Source: a virus. Taken from it: a DNA stretch of 64,000 nt. Both the position numbers and the translations under genes were made by a program. The stretch lies in IMG/VR virus record IMGVR_UViG_3300031227_000015, one strand, 5' to 3'. How positions within the stretch are numbered: position 1 is the first letter of the stretch; the number at the start of each line of letters is the position of its first letter. Below, one piece after another: positions 1-8,659 of the stretch. Under the pieces are notes generated by a model. It saw only the letters and a list, made by a program, of their open reading frames with translations. It was not told the DNA's origin and did no database searches.

Positions 1-84
1 ACGGTGTATACGGTGTACTGTATACAGTATACAATCATGTAATTTCAGGCGCTTACAATGAATGTGATTCAGTCATTTTTTCTC

Positions 85-201
85 TTGACATTGTTGGTGA
101 CCTGTGTTATACTAAGAGTATCAAATGGTTAAGGATTTTCAAGTGTCTGAAATCATTTGGGAAAAAATTTAATTTACAAGATGTGATGTGTGTGGTACAA
201 T
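85..201 (+). promoter_or_regulatory. Two tandem sigma70-type promoters
   Basis: TTGACA(85-90)-17nt-TATACT(108-113) and TTTACA(173-178)-17nt-TACAAT(196-201). Confidence 0.65.
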
Positions 202-458
202 GTTTTTAACTCGTTGAGAGAGTAACTAACAAACATAACCCTTTGAATTTATATGACTTCTGGGTGTTCCAGAAGGGACTGGTGAAAAAGCGAGTGCACC
301 GCTGGAGTAGCTGTCTAATCGTCTGAATTTATTAATCTTATCCAAGTCTTTCCGGAAAGCGAAATTAGAAATTGACAAAGGAGGAGATGATATGATATAT
401 GTAAGTTTTTGAGTGTAAGATGTTTTCAGATCTCGTCTGCCATGTGTAGAAGGAGTTG

Positions 459-484
459 GGCTGATATTAGGTATCAGCCTTTTT
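459..484 (+). terminator. Intrinsic terminator
   Basis: GGCTGATA/TATCAGCC hairpin followed by a T-run. Confidence 0.6.
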
Positions 485-489
485 AAAAA

Positions 490-518
490 TTGACAAAGGA
501 AATTGAATGATGTGAAAT
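490..518 (+). promoter_or_regulatory. Repeated sigma70 promoter for tRNA-His
   Basis: TTGACA-AAGGAAATTGAATGATG-TGAAAT; same spacer at 704-732, related copies at 372 and 1216. Confidence 0.6.
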
Positions 519-524
519 GGTTAT

Positions 525-600
525 GTCACCTGTAGCTTAATGGTTAGAGCCTGCGGCTGTGACCCGCAAGATGAGAGTTCGATCCTCTCTGGGTGACCCA
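525..600 (+). tRNA. trnH: tRNA-His(GTG) with G-1:C73 and encoded CCA
   Basis: Full cloverleaf; anticodon arm TGCGG-CTGTGAC-CCGCA; T arm GAGAG-TTCGATC-CTCTC; His-specific G-1 pairs with C73. Confidence 0.95.
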
Positions 601-612
601 AAAAATGAATAT

Positions 613-683
613 AGAGGTGTAGTGTTAAGTGGCTAACACGCAACACGCTTGAATTGCCGGTTCGAATCCGGTCGTCTCTGCCA
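613..683 (+). ncRNA. tRNA-like RNA with truncated anticodon arm
   Basis: Acceptor AGAGGTG/CGTCTCT+G+CCA, D arm GTGTT/AACAC, T arm GCCGG-TTCGAAT-CCGGT; only 16 nt between the D and T arms. Confidence 0.7.
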
Positions 684-703
684 GTAAATTTAAGAATTAG
701 AAA

Positions 704-732
704 TTGACAAAGGAAATTGAATGATGTAAGAT
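704..732 (+). promoter_or_regulatory. sigma70 promoter (extended -10)
   Basis: TTGACA-17nt-TAAGAT. Confidence 0.7.
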
Positions 733-922
733 GTTTTTAAGGTTTAACTCTCGGCCATCAATTCCCAAGCAGTCGGTAGGGTCTGTTTCTTGGAGTAAAA
801 GTTGCTCTGGCCGGGTTTTTGTAGAGAGGTTCGTTTCTTGGTGTACAATAATATCTATCGTTTTCGGTGCGTCCCTAAACGGGTTCCCTTAGTCGCCAAG
901 CTCTCCACACAAAAATTGTCTC

Positions 923-1091
923 TCAATCCTTTATTTGAGGTATGATACTGTAAACTATCACTGTATTATACATCACAGGATGAAAAAACAACACGGAGGT
1001 CCTATACTAGTCACGGACTAACGGGTGAAACCTGGTACTGTCACTGATAAATATGGTCCCTGAGAGTATCATACTTCAAATAAGAGATTGA
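923..1091 (+). ncRNA. Candidate structured ncRNA closed by a long terminal stem
   Basis: 931-949 pairs with 1065-1083 (19 bp, one G-U); TCAATC/GATTGA extends the stem. Confidence 0.45.
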
Positions 1092-1097
1092 CGAATA

Positions 1098-1206
1098 CGG
1101 CGGCTCTTTAGGAAAGGAGAATTGTTTATGAAATATTATTGGAAGTGGCCATTACTAATAATAGGAAATATCCATACTGGAGGTTCGAATCCTCCTCCGC
1201 TGTCCA
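1098..1206 (+). ncRNA. tRNA-like RNA with an internal short ORF
   Basis: CGGCGG/CCGCTG acceptor-like stem, GGAGG-TTCGAAT-CCTCC T arm, 3' CCA; non-canonical middle. Confidence 0.55.
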
Positions 1207-1215
1207 AATAAGAGA

Positions 1216-1244
1216 TTGACAAAGGGGATTTTTTGATGTAGTAT
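1216..1244 (+). promoter_or_regulatory. sigma70 promoter
   Basis: TTGACA-17nt-TAGTAT; predicted start near 1251. Confidence 0.65.
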
Positions 1245-1250
1245 GTTTAT

Positions 1251-1361
1251 AGATGATGTGATGTAGGGGGATAATAATGCATCTACTTGGCCTACGGGCC
1301 GGCGATAAAGCATTCTACGTAGAATGCTGATACCCTGTCGGGGCAGAACCGACCATCATCT
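1251..1361 (+). ncRNA. tRNA-like structured RNA
   Basis: AGATGATG/CATCATCT closing stem; T-like arm GTCGG-GGCAGAA-CCGAC; hairpins GGCC-TACG-GGCC and AGCATTCT-ACGT-AGAATGCT. Confidence 0.5.
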
Positions 1362-1405
1362 TTACAATATTAACCTTTTTGAAATGTTTATAAGAGGAGA
1401 TTTAG

Positions 1406-1672
1406 ATGGCATATAATAAAGGTCTTGACAAAGTACTGTATGAGGCGAATATCCACAGTGAGGATGGGACCATTTTGAAGGTTTCTGTTTACTCCTACAA
1501 TGGTGGAGACAATAAGTTACAGATTGGACCTAGAACCTACACCAAGAAAAACGGTGAAGAAGGGTTCAGGAAGGCTGGAAGAATTAGTGAAGGGGAAGTT
1601 GAGAAGCTGGTTGACATCCTACCCGCTATAAGTTCTTACCTGAGTGGGGGCCAATTGACAGTTAGAGGTTAA
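1406..1672 (+). CDS. Small protein, possibly PC4/YdbC-like ssDNA-binding
   Basis: Strong RBS (GAGGAG); beta-rich basic pattern LKVSVYSYNGG..KLQI.PR...K.G. Confidence 0.4.
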   Translation: MAYNKGLDKVLYEANIHSEDGTILKVSVYSYNGGDNKLQIGPRTYTKKNGEEGFRKAGRISEGEVEKLVDILPAISSYLSGGQLTVRG

Positions 1673-1955
1673 TTTTTGTGTAAAATCTTGGAGTAAAGTG
1701 GCGTATCGGTCTGTATGGTAATTAGTATTGAAGAAGGTACCTCTGATGAGTGCGACCATACACTCCAAGATATTATTAAACAGGCACATAAGAGTAATCA
1801 ATAGATATTTGTGATACCAGAGTGGCGATCCGTCTGGTTGAAAGAGCAATCGGAAAAGAGTCATAACCTTATCATTACACATCAGAACTATAATAACTAT
1901 TGATTATGTACAGCTTTTATGTGTCTATTTAATAATTTGAAAAAGAGAGGCCTAA

Positions 1956-2171
1956 ATGTACTTAGAAATTGAAAAAGAACTCAAGAAGCGATATCCTGGA
2001 AACAAAGGTAAAATAAACCAATGTGAAGAATGCAACAGATATGTCAATATTACTGTTGTTATTGGGGAAGCCTCTACTCGGGGGTCAATTTTACGAGAAG
2101 ATAGTGCAACAACAGAAGTATGTAAGACTTGTTTGCAAAAGGCATTACAACTAATTGAAAAGGAGGAATAG
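1956..2171 (+). CDS. Hypothetical protein with two CxxC motifs
   Basis: CEEC and CKTC; RBS present. Confidence 0.5.
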   Translation: MYLEIEKELKKRYPGNKGKINQCEECNRYVNITVVIGEASTRGSILREDSATTEVCKTCLQKALQLIEKEE

Positions 2172-2172
2172 G

Positions 2173-2514
2173 ATGGGTGGTCAAGATTTTAGTAAATTTT
2201 ATATTGGTAAATTATCCCCTGAAGATGCTTTTAGAGAGTTAAAGGAATCTGCTGCTTATGAAGATGGTCATGGTGGATATACTGGTACCATTGCAGAAAA
2301 AGATGGTTTTATCATGAAAGAATACCCACCAAGAAAAAACCCTTCTGACTATGCAGGTGAAATCATTGGAGATAACGATAAGTGGGGATCCGCCTATTGT
2401 ATTGAAATTAAAAGGTCCTATTTAGCAGAGGTGAAAAAGAATCCTCATAATTCATGGTGTAAAGGGAAAAGGGGGATAAGAGCATACATCTTTTTTGGCA
2501 TTGCGTCAAGTTAA
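2173..2514 (+). CDS. Hypothetical phage protein
   Basis: AGGAGG RBS before MGGQDF. Confidence 0.55.
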   Translation: MGGQDFSKFYIGKLSPEDAFRELKESAAYEDGHGGYTGTIAEKDGFIMKEYPPRKNPSDYAGEIIGDNDKWGSAYCIEIKRSYLAEVKKNPHNSWCKGKRGIRAYIFFGIASS

Positions 2515-2851
2515 AAGGAGAGTTGTATTATGACTTGGACTGAAAAAGAATTAGAAATTTTAGAGTTGACAGATTTAGAACAAAAAGCGTATAATGAATA
2601 TATGACTGAGAAATTGAAGAAGCGGTTGAAAAAGAAAGCCAAAAATAAAAAGTCTAAAAAGTCACGGAGGAAAAATAGAAAATGATGACAATGAATGATG
2701 TGATATTGTTCACTACATGGTTGGACGGTGTGACCTATACTGATACCTGGAGTTTCATTTTTTTCATCATAGCGTTTACATCTGCATTGATATTTGATAC
2801 TTTAAGGTTATTTGATACTTTAAGGTTAACAGTTTCACCAAGGAGAAATGT

Positions 2852-3265
2852 GTGATGTACATACCAACCGATGAATTAATAGACCTTGTAGAGCAAGAAA
2901 AGTTAAAAGAAAGGACCTATATGGATTTATTGAGAGACATCAAAGTAATCTTTTTAGGCGATAACAGTTATAATGAATTGCTGGATACTATTAAAAATGC
3001 TGGTTGTCATGTGCCTGATTTGAAAAGTAATTTAGCGTTTGCTATTGATAGTACTGTTCCTATGATAGTGTTTAAAGAGGTCGTTAAGGACCTTTCAGAG
3101 GATGAGCAAAGGGCTATCATAGCACATGAGGTTGCTCACCTTGTTGGTATCAAGGACGAAGAGGATGCAGATAGATGGGCTGTTTCTGCGTTGACAACTG
3201 AATCTGAAAAGGATGTACTTAGGAATCAATGGGAATACAGGCATGGTTGTGAATATGAGGAGTAG
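2852..3265 (+). CDS. HExxH metallopeptidase-like protein
   Basis: AIIAHEVAH...E..AD..A. Confidence 0.55.
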   Translation: MMYIPTDELIDLVEQEKLKERTYMDLLRDIKVIFLGDNSYNELLDTIKNAGCHVPDLKSNLAFAIDSTVPMIVFKEVVKDLSEDEQRAIIAHEVAHLVGIKDEEDADRWAVSALTTESEKDVLRNQWEYRHGCEYEE

Positions 3266-3270
3266 AAATT

Positions 3271-3519
3271 ATGGATAAAAAAGTGTATTGTAAAGAATGT
3301 AGATATGATAATATATGGAATGATGGTTGTTCACATTCTTCTGTTATAAAATATGAGCATACACCTTATCAAAAAACGGCTATATATGGTGATATCAAGG
3401 TACTCAATAAGGATAATCATTGTGAGTTGTATGAAAAATATGAAGCACCAAAGGTTGATAGAAAAATGAGGTTTTGGGCACGCTGGTATAATTCTATGGG
3501 TATAAAGCCCTGTGTTTAA
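3271..3519 (+). CDS. Small Cys-rich protein (paralog of 11700-11903)
   Basis: VYCKEC...TPYQK...N..N.C pattern shared with the 11700 ORF. Confidence 0.55.
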   Translation: MDKKVYCKECRYDNIWNDGCSHSSVIKYEHTPYQKTAIYGDIKVLNKDNHCELYEKYEAPKVDRKMRFWARWYNSMGIKPCV

Positions 3520-3826
3520 ATAGAGGTGATTATTATGAAGGTAAACAAAAAACAAATAAATAAATTCTTTAAGGATATGAAGGTGGTGCCCGCAAAAGAA
3601 TGGCGGATAACCACTTCCAGAGTAATCCATAGAGACAAAAAGAAACAAGCTAACAAATATGCTTGTCGAAAGGGAGTAATATGATATGGTTAGAGCTTGG
3701 AGTTATTGCCTTGATAGTTATTTGTGTGGCTATGAAATTTTACAATATAGGCTATAATGAATGCATAGATGACTACAATGAGGTGTATGATTTTAAAGAC
3801 GAAGAAGTGGAAAGGGAGGGAGAGTA

Positions 3827-4021
3827 ATGGAAATAGAATCTACAGTATTAGTTAGGGAATGGTACCGAAATAATAAACTTCATAGAGAAGACGGTCCTGC
3901 TATAGAATGCGCAAATGGTGATAAGTATTGGTATTTGAATGGTGTAGAATTAACCTATATGGAATTCCTTAACCGTACCAAGCCTAAAGAATGTTTAAAG
4001 GAGAGTAATGGAAACAACTAA
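3827..4021 (+). CDS. LHREDGPA-repeat protein
   Basis: WY.N.KLHREDGPAIE.ANG.K.WYLNG. Confidence 0.65.
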   Translation: MEIESTVLVREWYRNNKLHREDGPAIECANGDKYWYLNGVELTYMEFLNRTKPKECLKESNGNN

Positions 4022-4217
4022 ATTTGAAGTGAATCAGTATCATTATGATGGTTTTGAGGATTACACCGATATCAAAAATGCTATAATGACCAAATGGCAA
4101 AACGGTGAGGGTCTTGATGTATATATAGCAAGGAGAAATCTACCCGATGTCAATGTGTCCTTAACTTGGGATAATATTTCACTTTTCAGGAAAATATTTT
4201 CGGATTTTGAAAATTAA
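4008..4217 (+). CDS. Hypothetical protein
   Basis: ORF with AAGGAG RBS. Confidence 0.5.
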   Translation: METTKFEVNQYHYDGFEDYTDIKNAIMTKWQNGEGLDVYIARRNLPDVNVSLTWDNISLFRKIFSDFEN

Positions 4218-4229
4218 AAAATTAAAAGA

Positions 4230-4258
4230 TTGACATAATGATTCCAATGGTTTAGAAT
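4230..4258 (+). promoter_or_regulatory. sigma70 promoter
   Basis: TTGACA-17nt-TAGAAT. Confidence 0.65.
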
Positions 4259-4516
4259 GGTAGTTAAGTGAGGTTGGAAAAAATGAATTGTAACAAATGT
4301 GGTAAAGAATTGGATTCTATGAGGCAAATGTTAGCACAGTTAGATCCCGAAGTAGGAACCGTTTGTATAGAGTGTTACAACCTTTCCTTAATAGAAAAAT
4401 CGAATAAACTAAAGGAAGAAATTGATAAATTAATTAAAAATAAGTTGACGAATTCACAATAATGTGATACCTTGGTTTTACTGAGGAAGATTAAATTAAA
4501 AGAGGAGGATGTGTAC

Positions 4517-4789
4517 ATGAATAAAGCAGATTTGACTAATTTTGTGGCAGAGGACACAGGGATGACCAAGAAAGATGCCCGGATTGCAGTAAATAGTGTA
4601 GTTTCAGGTATCAGAAATGGTCTCGTTGAAGACGACAAGGTTACGCTCGTAGGTTTCGGAACCTTTTCCAAGGCTGACAGGGCCGCTCGTAAAGGCCGTA
4701 ACCCTAAAACCGGGGAAGCTATTGATATCCCCGCCAAGACAGTACCGAAGTTCAAGGCTTCTAAGGCTCTTAAAGAAGCCGTAGCGTAA
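4517..4789 (+). CDS. hup: Histone-like DNA-binding protein HU
   Basis: MNKADL...VTLVGFGTF...RAARKGRNPKTGEAIDIPAK.VPKFKASKALKEAV; GAGGAGG RBS supports start 4517. Confidence 0.97.
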   Translation: MNKADLTNFVAEDTGMTKKDARIAVNSVVSGIRNGLVEDDKVTLVGFGTFSKADRAARKGRNPKTGEAIDIPAKTVPKFKASKALKEAVA

Positions 4790-4809
4790 AAGCAGTAAGC
4801 CTAAAGATG

Positions 4810-4849
4810 ATGCCGGAATTAATATACACTTTTAGTTCCGGCATTTTTT
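4810..4849 (+). terminator. Intrinsic terminator after HU
   Basis: ATGCCGGAAT/GTTCCGGCAT stem plus T-run. Confidence 0.75.
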
Positions 4850-4860
4850 GCTAAAAGATG

Positions 4861-4889
4861 TTTACAACCTCATGAAATTGTTGTATAAT
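4861..4889 (+). promoter_or_regulatory. sigma70 promoter
   Basis: TTTACA-17nt-TATAAT. Confidence 0.7.
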
Positions 4890-4921
4890 GTATAAAATAA
4901 TGCAAATGTGGGGGTATTAAA

Positions 4922-5155
4922 ATGATGGATATTTCTTTGAGTGATATTAAAAAATGTGTTGTAAATGCTATCATAAAAAAGGCTGATATTGAACCTGAGT
5001 TCTTACAAGTATACGTTAATGGTTATGATGTCAATTTTGATATCGACCTGGATGACATGTTGAGAGATTTCAAGACTGATATTGATACCTTTATTGATGA
5101 TAATGTATATGGTATAGAGGATTATCAGAGTGACTTAAAAGAGGAAGAAGGATGA
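4922..5155 (+). CDS. Acidic hypothetical protein
   Basis: ORF directly after the promoter. Confidence 0.5.
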   Translation: MMDISLSDIKKCVVNAIIKKADIEPEFLQVYVNGYDVNFDIDLDDMLRDFKTDIDTFIDDNVYGIEDYQSDLKEEEG

Positions 5156-5556
5156 TAGAATATATAGTAAAGGTATATAATGATAAAACTGAGCATTGGT
5201 TCCTAAATGGTAAACTTCATAGGGAAGATGATCTACCTGCTATGAAATGTGCTAATGGTGATAAGGAATGGTGGTTGAATGGTGTACTTTATAGGGAAGA
5301 CGGTCTACCTGCTGTAGAATGTGCTAATGGTGATAAGGAATGGTGGTTGAATGGTGTACTTTATAGGGAAGACGGTCTACCTGCTGTAGAATGTGCTAAT
5401 GGTAGGAAATATTGGTTCTTTGAAGGTGAAATATTAACCGAAGAGGGGTTCCTTAACAGAACAACTAAGCCCAAACCTAAGAATTCTAAATTGGTGAAAT
5501 GCTTAAAGGAATTGTTAGCATGTTTAGATGATCCAGAAATACGAATAAGTATCTAA
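5152..5556 (+). CDS. LHREDGPA-repeat protein with tandem 69-nt repeats
   Basis: Near-identical 23-aa units ..CANGDKEWWLNGVLYREDGLPAVE.. Confidence 0.7.
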   Translation: MIEYIVKVYNDKTEHWFLNGKLHREDDLPAMKCANGDKEWWLNGVLYREDGLPAVECANGDKEWWLNGVLYREDGLPAVECANGRKYWFFEGEILTEEGFLNRTTKPKPKNSKLVKCLKELLACLDDPEIRISI

Positions 5557-5595
5557 ATCATAAAAGGCTAATCAATTGGAAGAAAGGGAGTATAC

Positions 5596-5793
5596 ATGAT
5601 GGGTGGATTTGATATAGGTGAACAATTTTTTCATATAGTGGAATTTGAGGTAGGTAAAAAAATTGATGCTTATTTCGAAACACCCGAAGGTAAAGAAGAT
5701 ATTGAGGGATTGGTAGAGTATCTTCAAGACATAGAAGGTAACCTATATAAGCATCTGAAGAAATTGATAAAAAATGTTGAGGAGATGGAATAA
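5596..5793 (+). CDS. Hypothetical protein, tandem paralog 1
   Basis: MGGFDIGEQF, similar to the next ORF. Confidence 0.55.
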   Translation: MMGGFDIGEQFFHIVEFEVGKKIDAYFETPEGKEDIEGLVEYLQDIEGNLYKHLKKLIKNVEEME

Positions 5794-6008
5794 TGGGTGG
5801 GTTTAATATAAGTGAACAATTTTTAAATTATGTAGAAGGGTCTGGTATAGGAGAAGGTTTAGATATCTATTGGAAAGATAAAAAAGGTAGAAAAGAGATA
5901 GATAAACACCTTGATGAAATGGATAAAATAGAAAGTAGAATGAAGAAACTTGTGGGTATTCTCACGAAGAAAATAAATGATTTTATGGAGGTTAAAGATA
6001 ATGAGTAA
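5793..6008 (+). CDS. Hypothetical protein, tandem paralog 2
   Basis: MGGFNISEQF; TAATG coupling. Confidence 0.55.
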   Translation: MGGFNISEQFLNYVEGSGIGEGLDIYWKDKKGRKEIDKHLDEMDKIESRMKKLVGILTKKINDFMEVKDNE

Positions 6009-6900
6009 AAGTGATATATGGACCTTCATACATGAACCTAAAGAATTTAAGGACCTAATTCTCAATAAGGACATAAAACCTAAGTTAAAAAAGGCACTTA
6101 AAGAGGTCCCTAATCTTCTATTATATGGTAAACCTGGTGTTGGTAAGGGAACGTTTACCCATATGCTATTGAGGAAAACGGCTTATGATTATTTATGGGT
6201 TAATGCTTCTGATGATACGGGCATTGATACTATGAGGGATAAAATCAAATCGTTTGCTACTTCAATGGGCATAACACCCCTAAAGGTTGTTGTATTAAAT
6301 GAAGCGGATTCACTTTCATCAGGTCAGCAAGGTGCTCAAAAAATGCTGAGGCAATTGATGGAGGACGTTCAAAAGATTACCCGTTTTATACTACTTGCCA
6401 ATTATGAACACCTATTCATACCTGAAATTAAATCCCGTTGTCAAGTTATAGAAATGTCAAATCCCCCTGGTGGAGAGATTTATAAACTTTGTGAAAAAAT
6501 ATTGAAATCCGAAAGAGTTAAATACGATAAGAAAACGTTGATAAATATAGTTAAAAAATGCTATCCTGATATAAGGAGCACAATTTGGGGCATACAAGGA
6601 AACACCATTAATAACGTGCTCAAAAGTGATATCATATCAAGGTCAGAAGAAGTATTCAAAGAAATTTTAGAGATGATAAAGAATGGTGATCTTGATAGTT
6701 TAAGAAAATCGTTAAGAAGTAATGTGATTGATTATATTGGTTTGTATGGGTTCTTATTTGATAATGCTGGGGAATTTAAGTCTCCAGGTGACGCTATTAT
6801 AGAGATAGGGGAACATCTTTATAGGAATGATAGTATGGCAATAAAGGAAATCAACCTGATCCACATGGCAGTCAAAATGATGAAAGGAGGGGTAATATGA
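6001..6900 (+). CDS. gp44: Clamp loader AAA+ subunit (RFC small/T4 gp44-like)
   Basis: LLLYGKPGVGK, NASDDTGID, LNEADSLS..AQ, SRC motif. Confidence 0.92.
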   Translation: MSKSDIWTFIHEPKEFKDLILNKDIKPKLKKALKEVPNLLLYGKPGVGKGTFTHMLLRKTAYDYLWVNASDDTGIDTMRDKIKSFATSMGITPLKVVVLNEADSLSSGQQGAQKMLRQLMEDVQKITRFILLANYEHLFIPEIKSRCQVIEMSNPPGGEIYKLCEKILKSERVKYDKKTLINIVKKCYPDIRSTIWGIQGNTINNVLKSDIISRSEEVFKEILEMIKNGDLDSLRKSLRSNVIDYIGLYGFLFDNAGEFKSPGDAIIEIGEHLYRNDSMAIKEINLIHMAVKMMKGGVI

Positions 6901-7118
6901 GAGGAGAAAATGTAATATTAGGCATAGGGGGATCATTATGGATGATACTTAGTTGTGTTGGTGCTGCTCAGTTCCCTACTTTAATTTTTTTAGTGTTGAA
7001 ATTAACAAGTACAATAGCTTGGTCATGGTTGTGGGTACTTTCTCCATTATGGATTGCTGGTGGTTTGGGTATACTTCTATCAATAATAATGCTGTTCTTT
7101 TTTTTAAAGAATATGTAG
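6897..7118 (+). CDS. Small membrane protein
   Basis: LKLT..I.WSW.WVLSPLWI hydrophobic pattern. Confidence 0.6.
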   Translation: MRGENVILGIGGSLWMILSCVGAAQFPTLIFLVLKLTSTIAWSWLWVLSPLWIAGGLGILLSIIMLFFFLKNM

Positions 7119-7135
7119 AAAGGTAGTATGATATA

Positions 7136-7348
7136 ATGCCCTTAAAAGAATACAAAGAAACAGAATATGAAGCAAAAGTAAGGGAATATGTGGAGCAGGA
7201 ATTTATCTTTACTGTAAATGAGCTTGAAGCCTTTTATGGGTATGATAAAAAGGATGGATGGCCTGAGCATGAGAGGTTAAGGCATGCTTTATCAGATAAG
7301 AGAATAATGTTCAGGAATCAATGGGAAGATAAGTATGACATTCGTTAA
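7136..7348 (+). CDS. Hypothetical protein
   Basis: ORF in operon. Confidence 0.45.
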   Translation: MPLKEYKETEYEAKVREYVEQEFIFTVNELEAFYGYDKKDGWPEHERLRHALSDKRIMFRNQWEDKYDIR

Positions 7349-7751
7349 ATATCATATAGAAGATTGTGAAACTTATTTAGGTGGACCTTTTACGGAGGTT
7401 CATTTATGGCTGGATGAATATGCTCAAATATTTAATGTGGGTTATTTTCTTGACTATCATAGAACCTTCAGGCATAACACTTATGGATTGCGTTGTATTT
7501 ATGGTATGTGGGGGCCGAAAGCTGAAAAAGCTGGAAGGTTACATCTTATAAGGGACTATTTAGAGTGTCCTATTAAAAATGATATGGTACTCTATAATTA
7601 TATTGGGGGTAACGGTTTCAATAAAATGATGATGAAATTTGATAATCCAGCAGATATCAAACATACCTTTCATCCTAATGTTATTGATGGTTGGATAAAA
7701 GAGGGGTTTGGGTTGGTATGCTTAGCAACGAGAAAATTGGTGGAGATATGA
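7335..7751 (+). CDS. Hypothetical protein
   Basis: ORF in operon. Confidence 0.5.
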   Translation: MTFVKYHIEDCETYLGGPFTEVHLWLDEYAQIFNVGYFLDYHRTFRHNTYGLRCIYGMWGPKAEKAGRLHLIRDYLECPIKNDMVLYNYIGGNGFNKMMMKFDNPADIKHTFHPNVIDGWIKEGFGLVCLATRKLVEI

Positions 7752-7754
7752 AAG

Positions 7755-8111
7755 ATGGCTACTAAAAAGGTTACTCTATTCGATTACTTCAATCAAATAT
7801 TCTATAAGACCTCTAAGTATGACTATGATAAGAAAATCGCTTCTGCTTATATCATAACTTTAGGTCTCTCACATGATCCTAAGTTGATTGATATAGTTAA
7901 TAAAATGAATAGTTTACAATTTACATTGAAAGATGATATAATATATAAGTATTACGTGAGTAAAGTTCCAAAAGGGAAAAGATTTATCAAATGGACAAAG
8001 AAAACTCCTAAAGATAAACTGTTTGATAAGAATGTGGAAAAGGAAATGCTTAATAGAAAAATCTCAAAAAGAGAAGCAATGATGGTTGTGAAGTTTAAGG
8101 AGGGTTTATGA
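7755..8111 (+). CDS. gp62: Clamp loader small subunit (T4 gp62-like)
   Basis: LFDYFN...Y.Y...VPKGKRFIKWTKK; lies between gp44-like and clamp genes. Confidence 0.75.
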   Translation: MATKKVTLFDYFNQIFYKTSKYDYDKKIASAYIITLGLSHDPKLIDIVNKMNSLQFTLKDDIIYKYYVSKVPKGKRFIKWTKKTPKDKLFDKNVEKEMLNRKISKREAMMVVKFKEGL

Positions 8112-8659
8112 TTAGACCTAAATGTAAGACACTAAACCCTTGTAAATATAGGGTTCCATTATATGGTGAGTGTGGGTATCAAGGTTTTTGTCAATATAAG
8201 ACGAATGGGAGAAAAAATATGAAAGAATATACAGTAAGGGTTTATGATAGTAAAACTGAATGGTATTTAAACAACAAACTCCATAGAGAAGGTGGGCTAC
8301 CTGCTATAGAATGGGCTAATGGTGATAAATCATGGTATATGAATGATAAACTCCATAGAGTAGATGGTCCTGCTATAGAATGTGCTAATGGTAATAAGCA
8401 TTGGTGGTTGAATAATAAACGTCATAGAACAGATGGTCCTGCTGTAGAATGGGCTAATGGTGAGAAGCAATGGTTTTTGGATGGTAAAGAAGTAACCGAA
8501 AAGGAATTCCTTAATAAGACTGTACGTGATAATGCTATATATTGGTCCTTAAATGGTGAAATAACCGAAAAGGAACCCCTTAGTAGAACCAAGCCTAAGA
8601 ATACTGAGTTGGTGAAATGCTTGAAACAACTATTAGAGTTCCTGAAGAAGGGAGAGTAA
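8108..8659 (+). CDS. LHREDGPA-repeat protein (start may be 8219)
   Basis: Three HR.DGPA.E.ANG.K.W repeats; C-terminal tail shared with the 5152 ORF. Confidence 0.65.
   Translation: MIRPKCKTLNPCKYRVPLYGECGYQGFCQYKTNGRKNMKEYTVRVYDSKTEWYLNNKLHREGGLPAIEWANGDKSWYMNDKLHRVDGPAIECANGNKHWWLNNKRHRTDGPAVEWANGEKQWFLDGKEVTEKEFLNKTVRDNAIYWSLNGEITEKEPLSRTKPKNTELVKCLKQLLEFLKKGE

Noticed and set aside
1-60. Short repeats and palindrome (ACGGTGTAT.., ACTGTATACAGT) as an origin or genome terminus
   Set aside because: At the window edge, with too little context to support a call
1743-1750. CTGATGAG hammerhead-like core
   Set aside because: No correctly placed stem II plus GAAA could be built
2791-2826. 18-nt tandem duplication
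   Set aside because: In-frame slippage duplication in a small ORF; no further signal
4375-4755. 126-aa antisense ORF
   Set aside because: Antisense to the unambiguous HU gene
5247-5403. Tandem repeats as a CRISPR array
   Set aside because: Contiguous in-frame coding repeats with no unique spacers; no cas genes in the window
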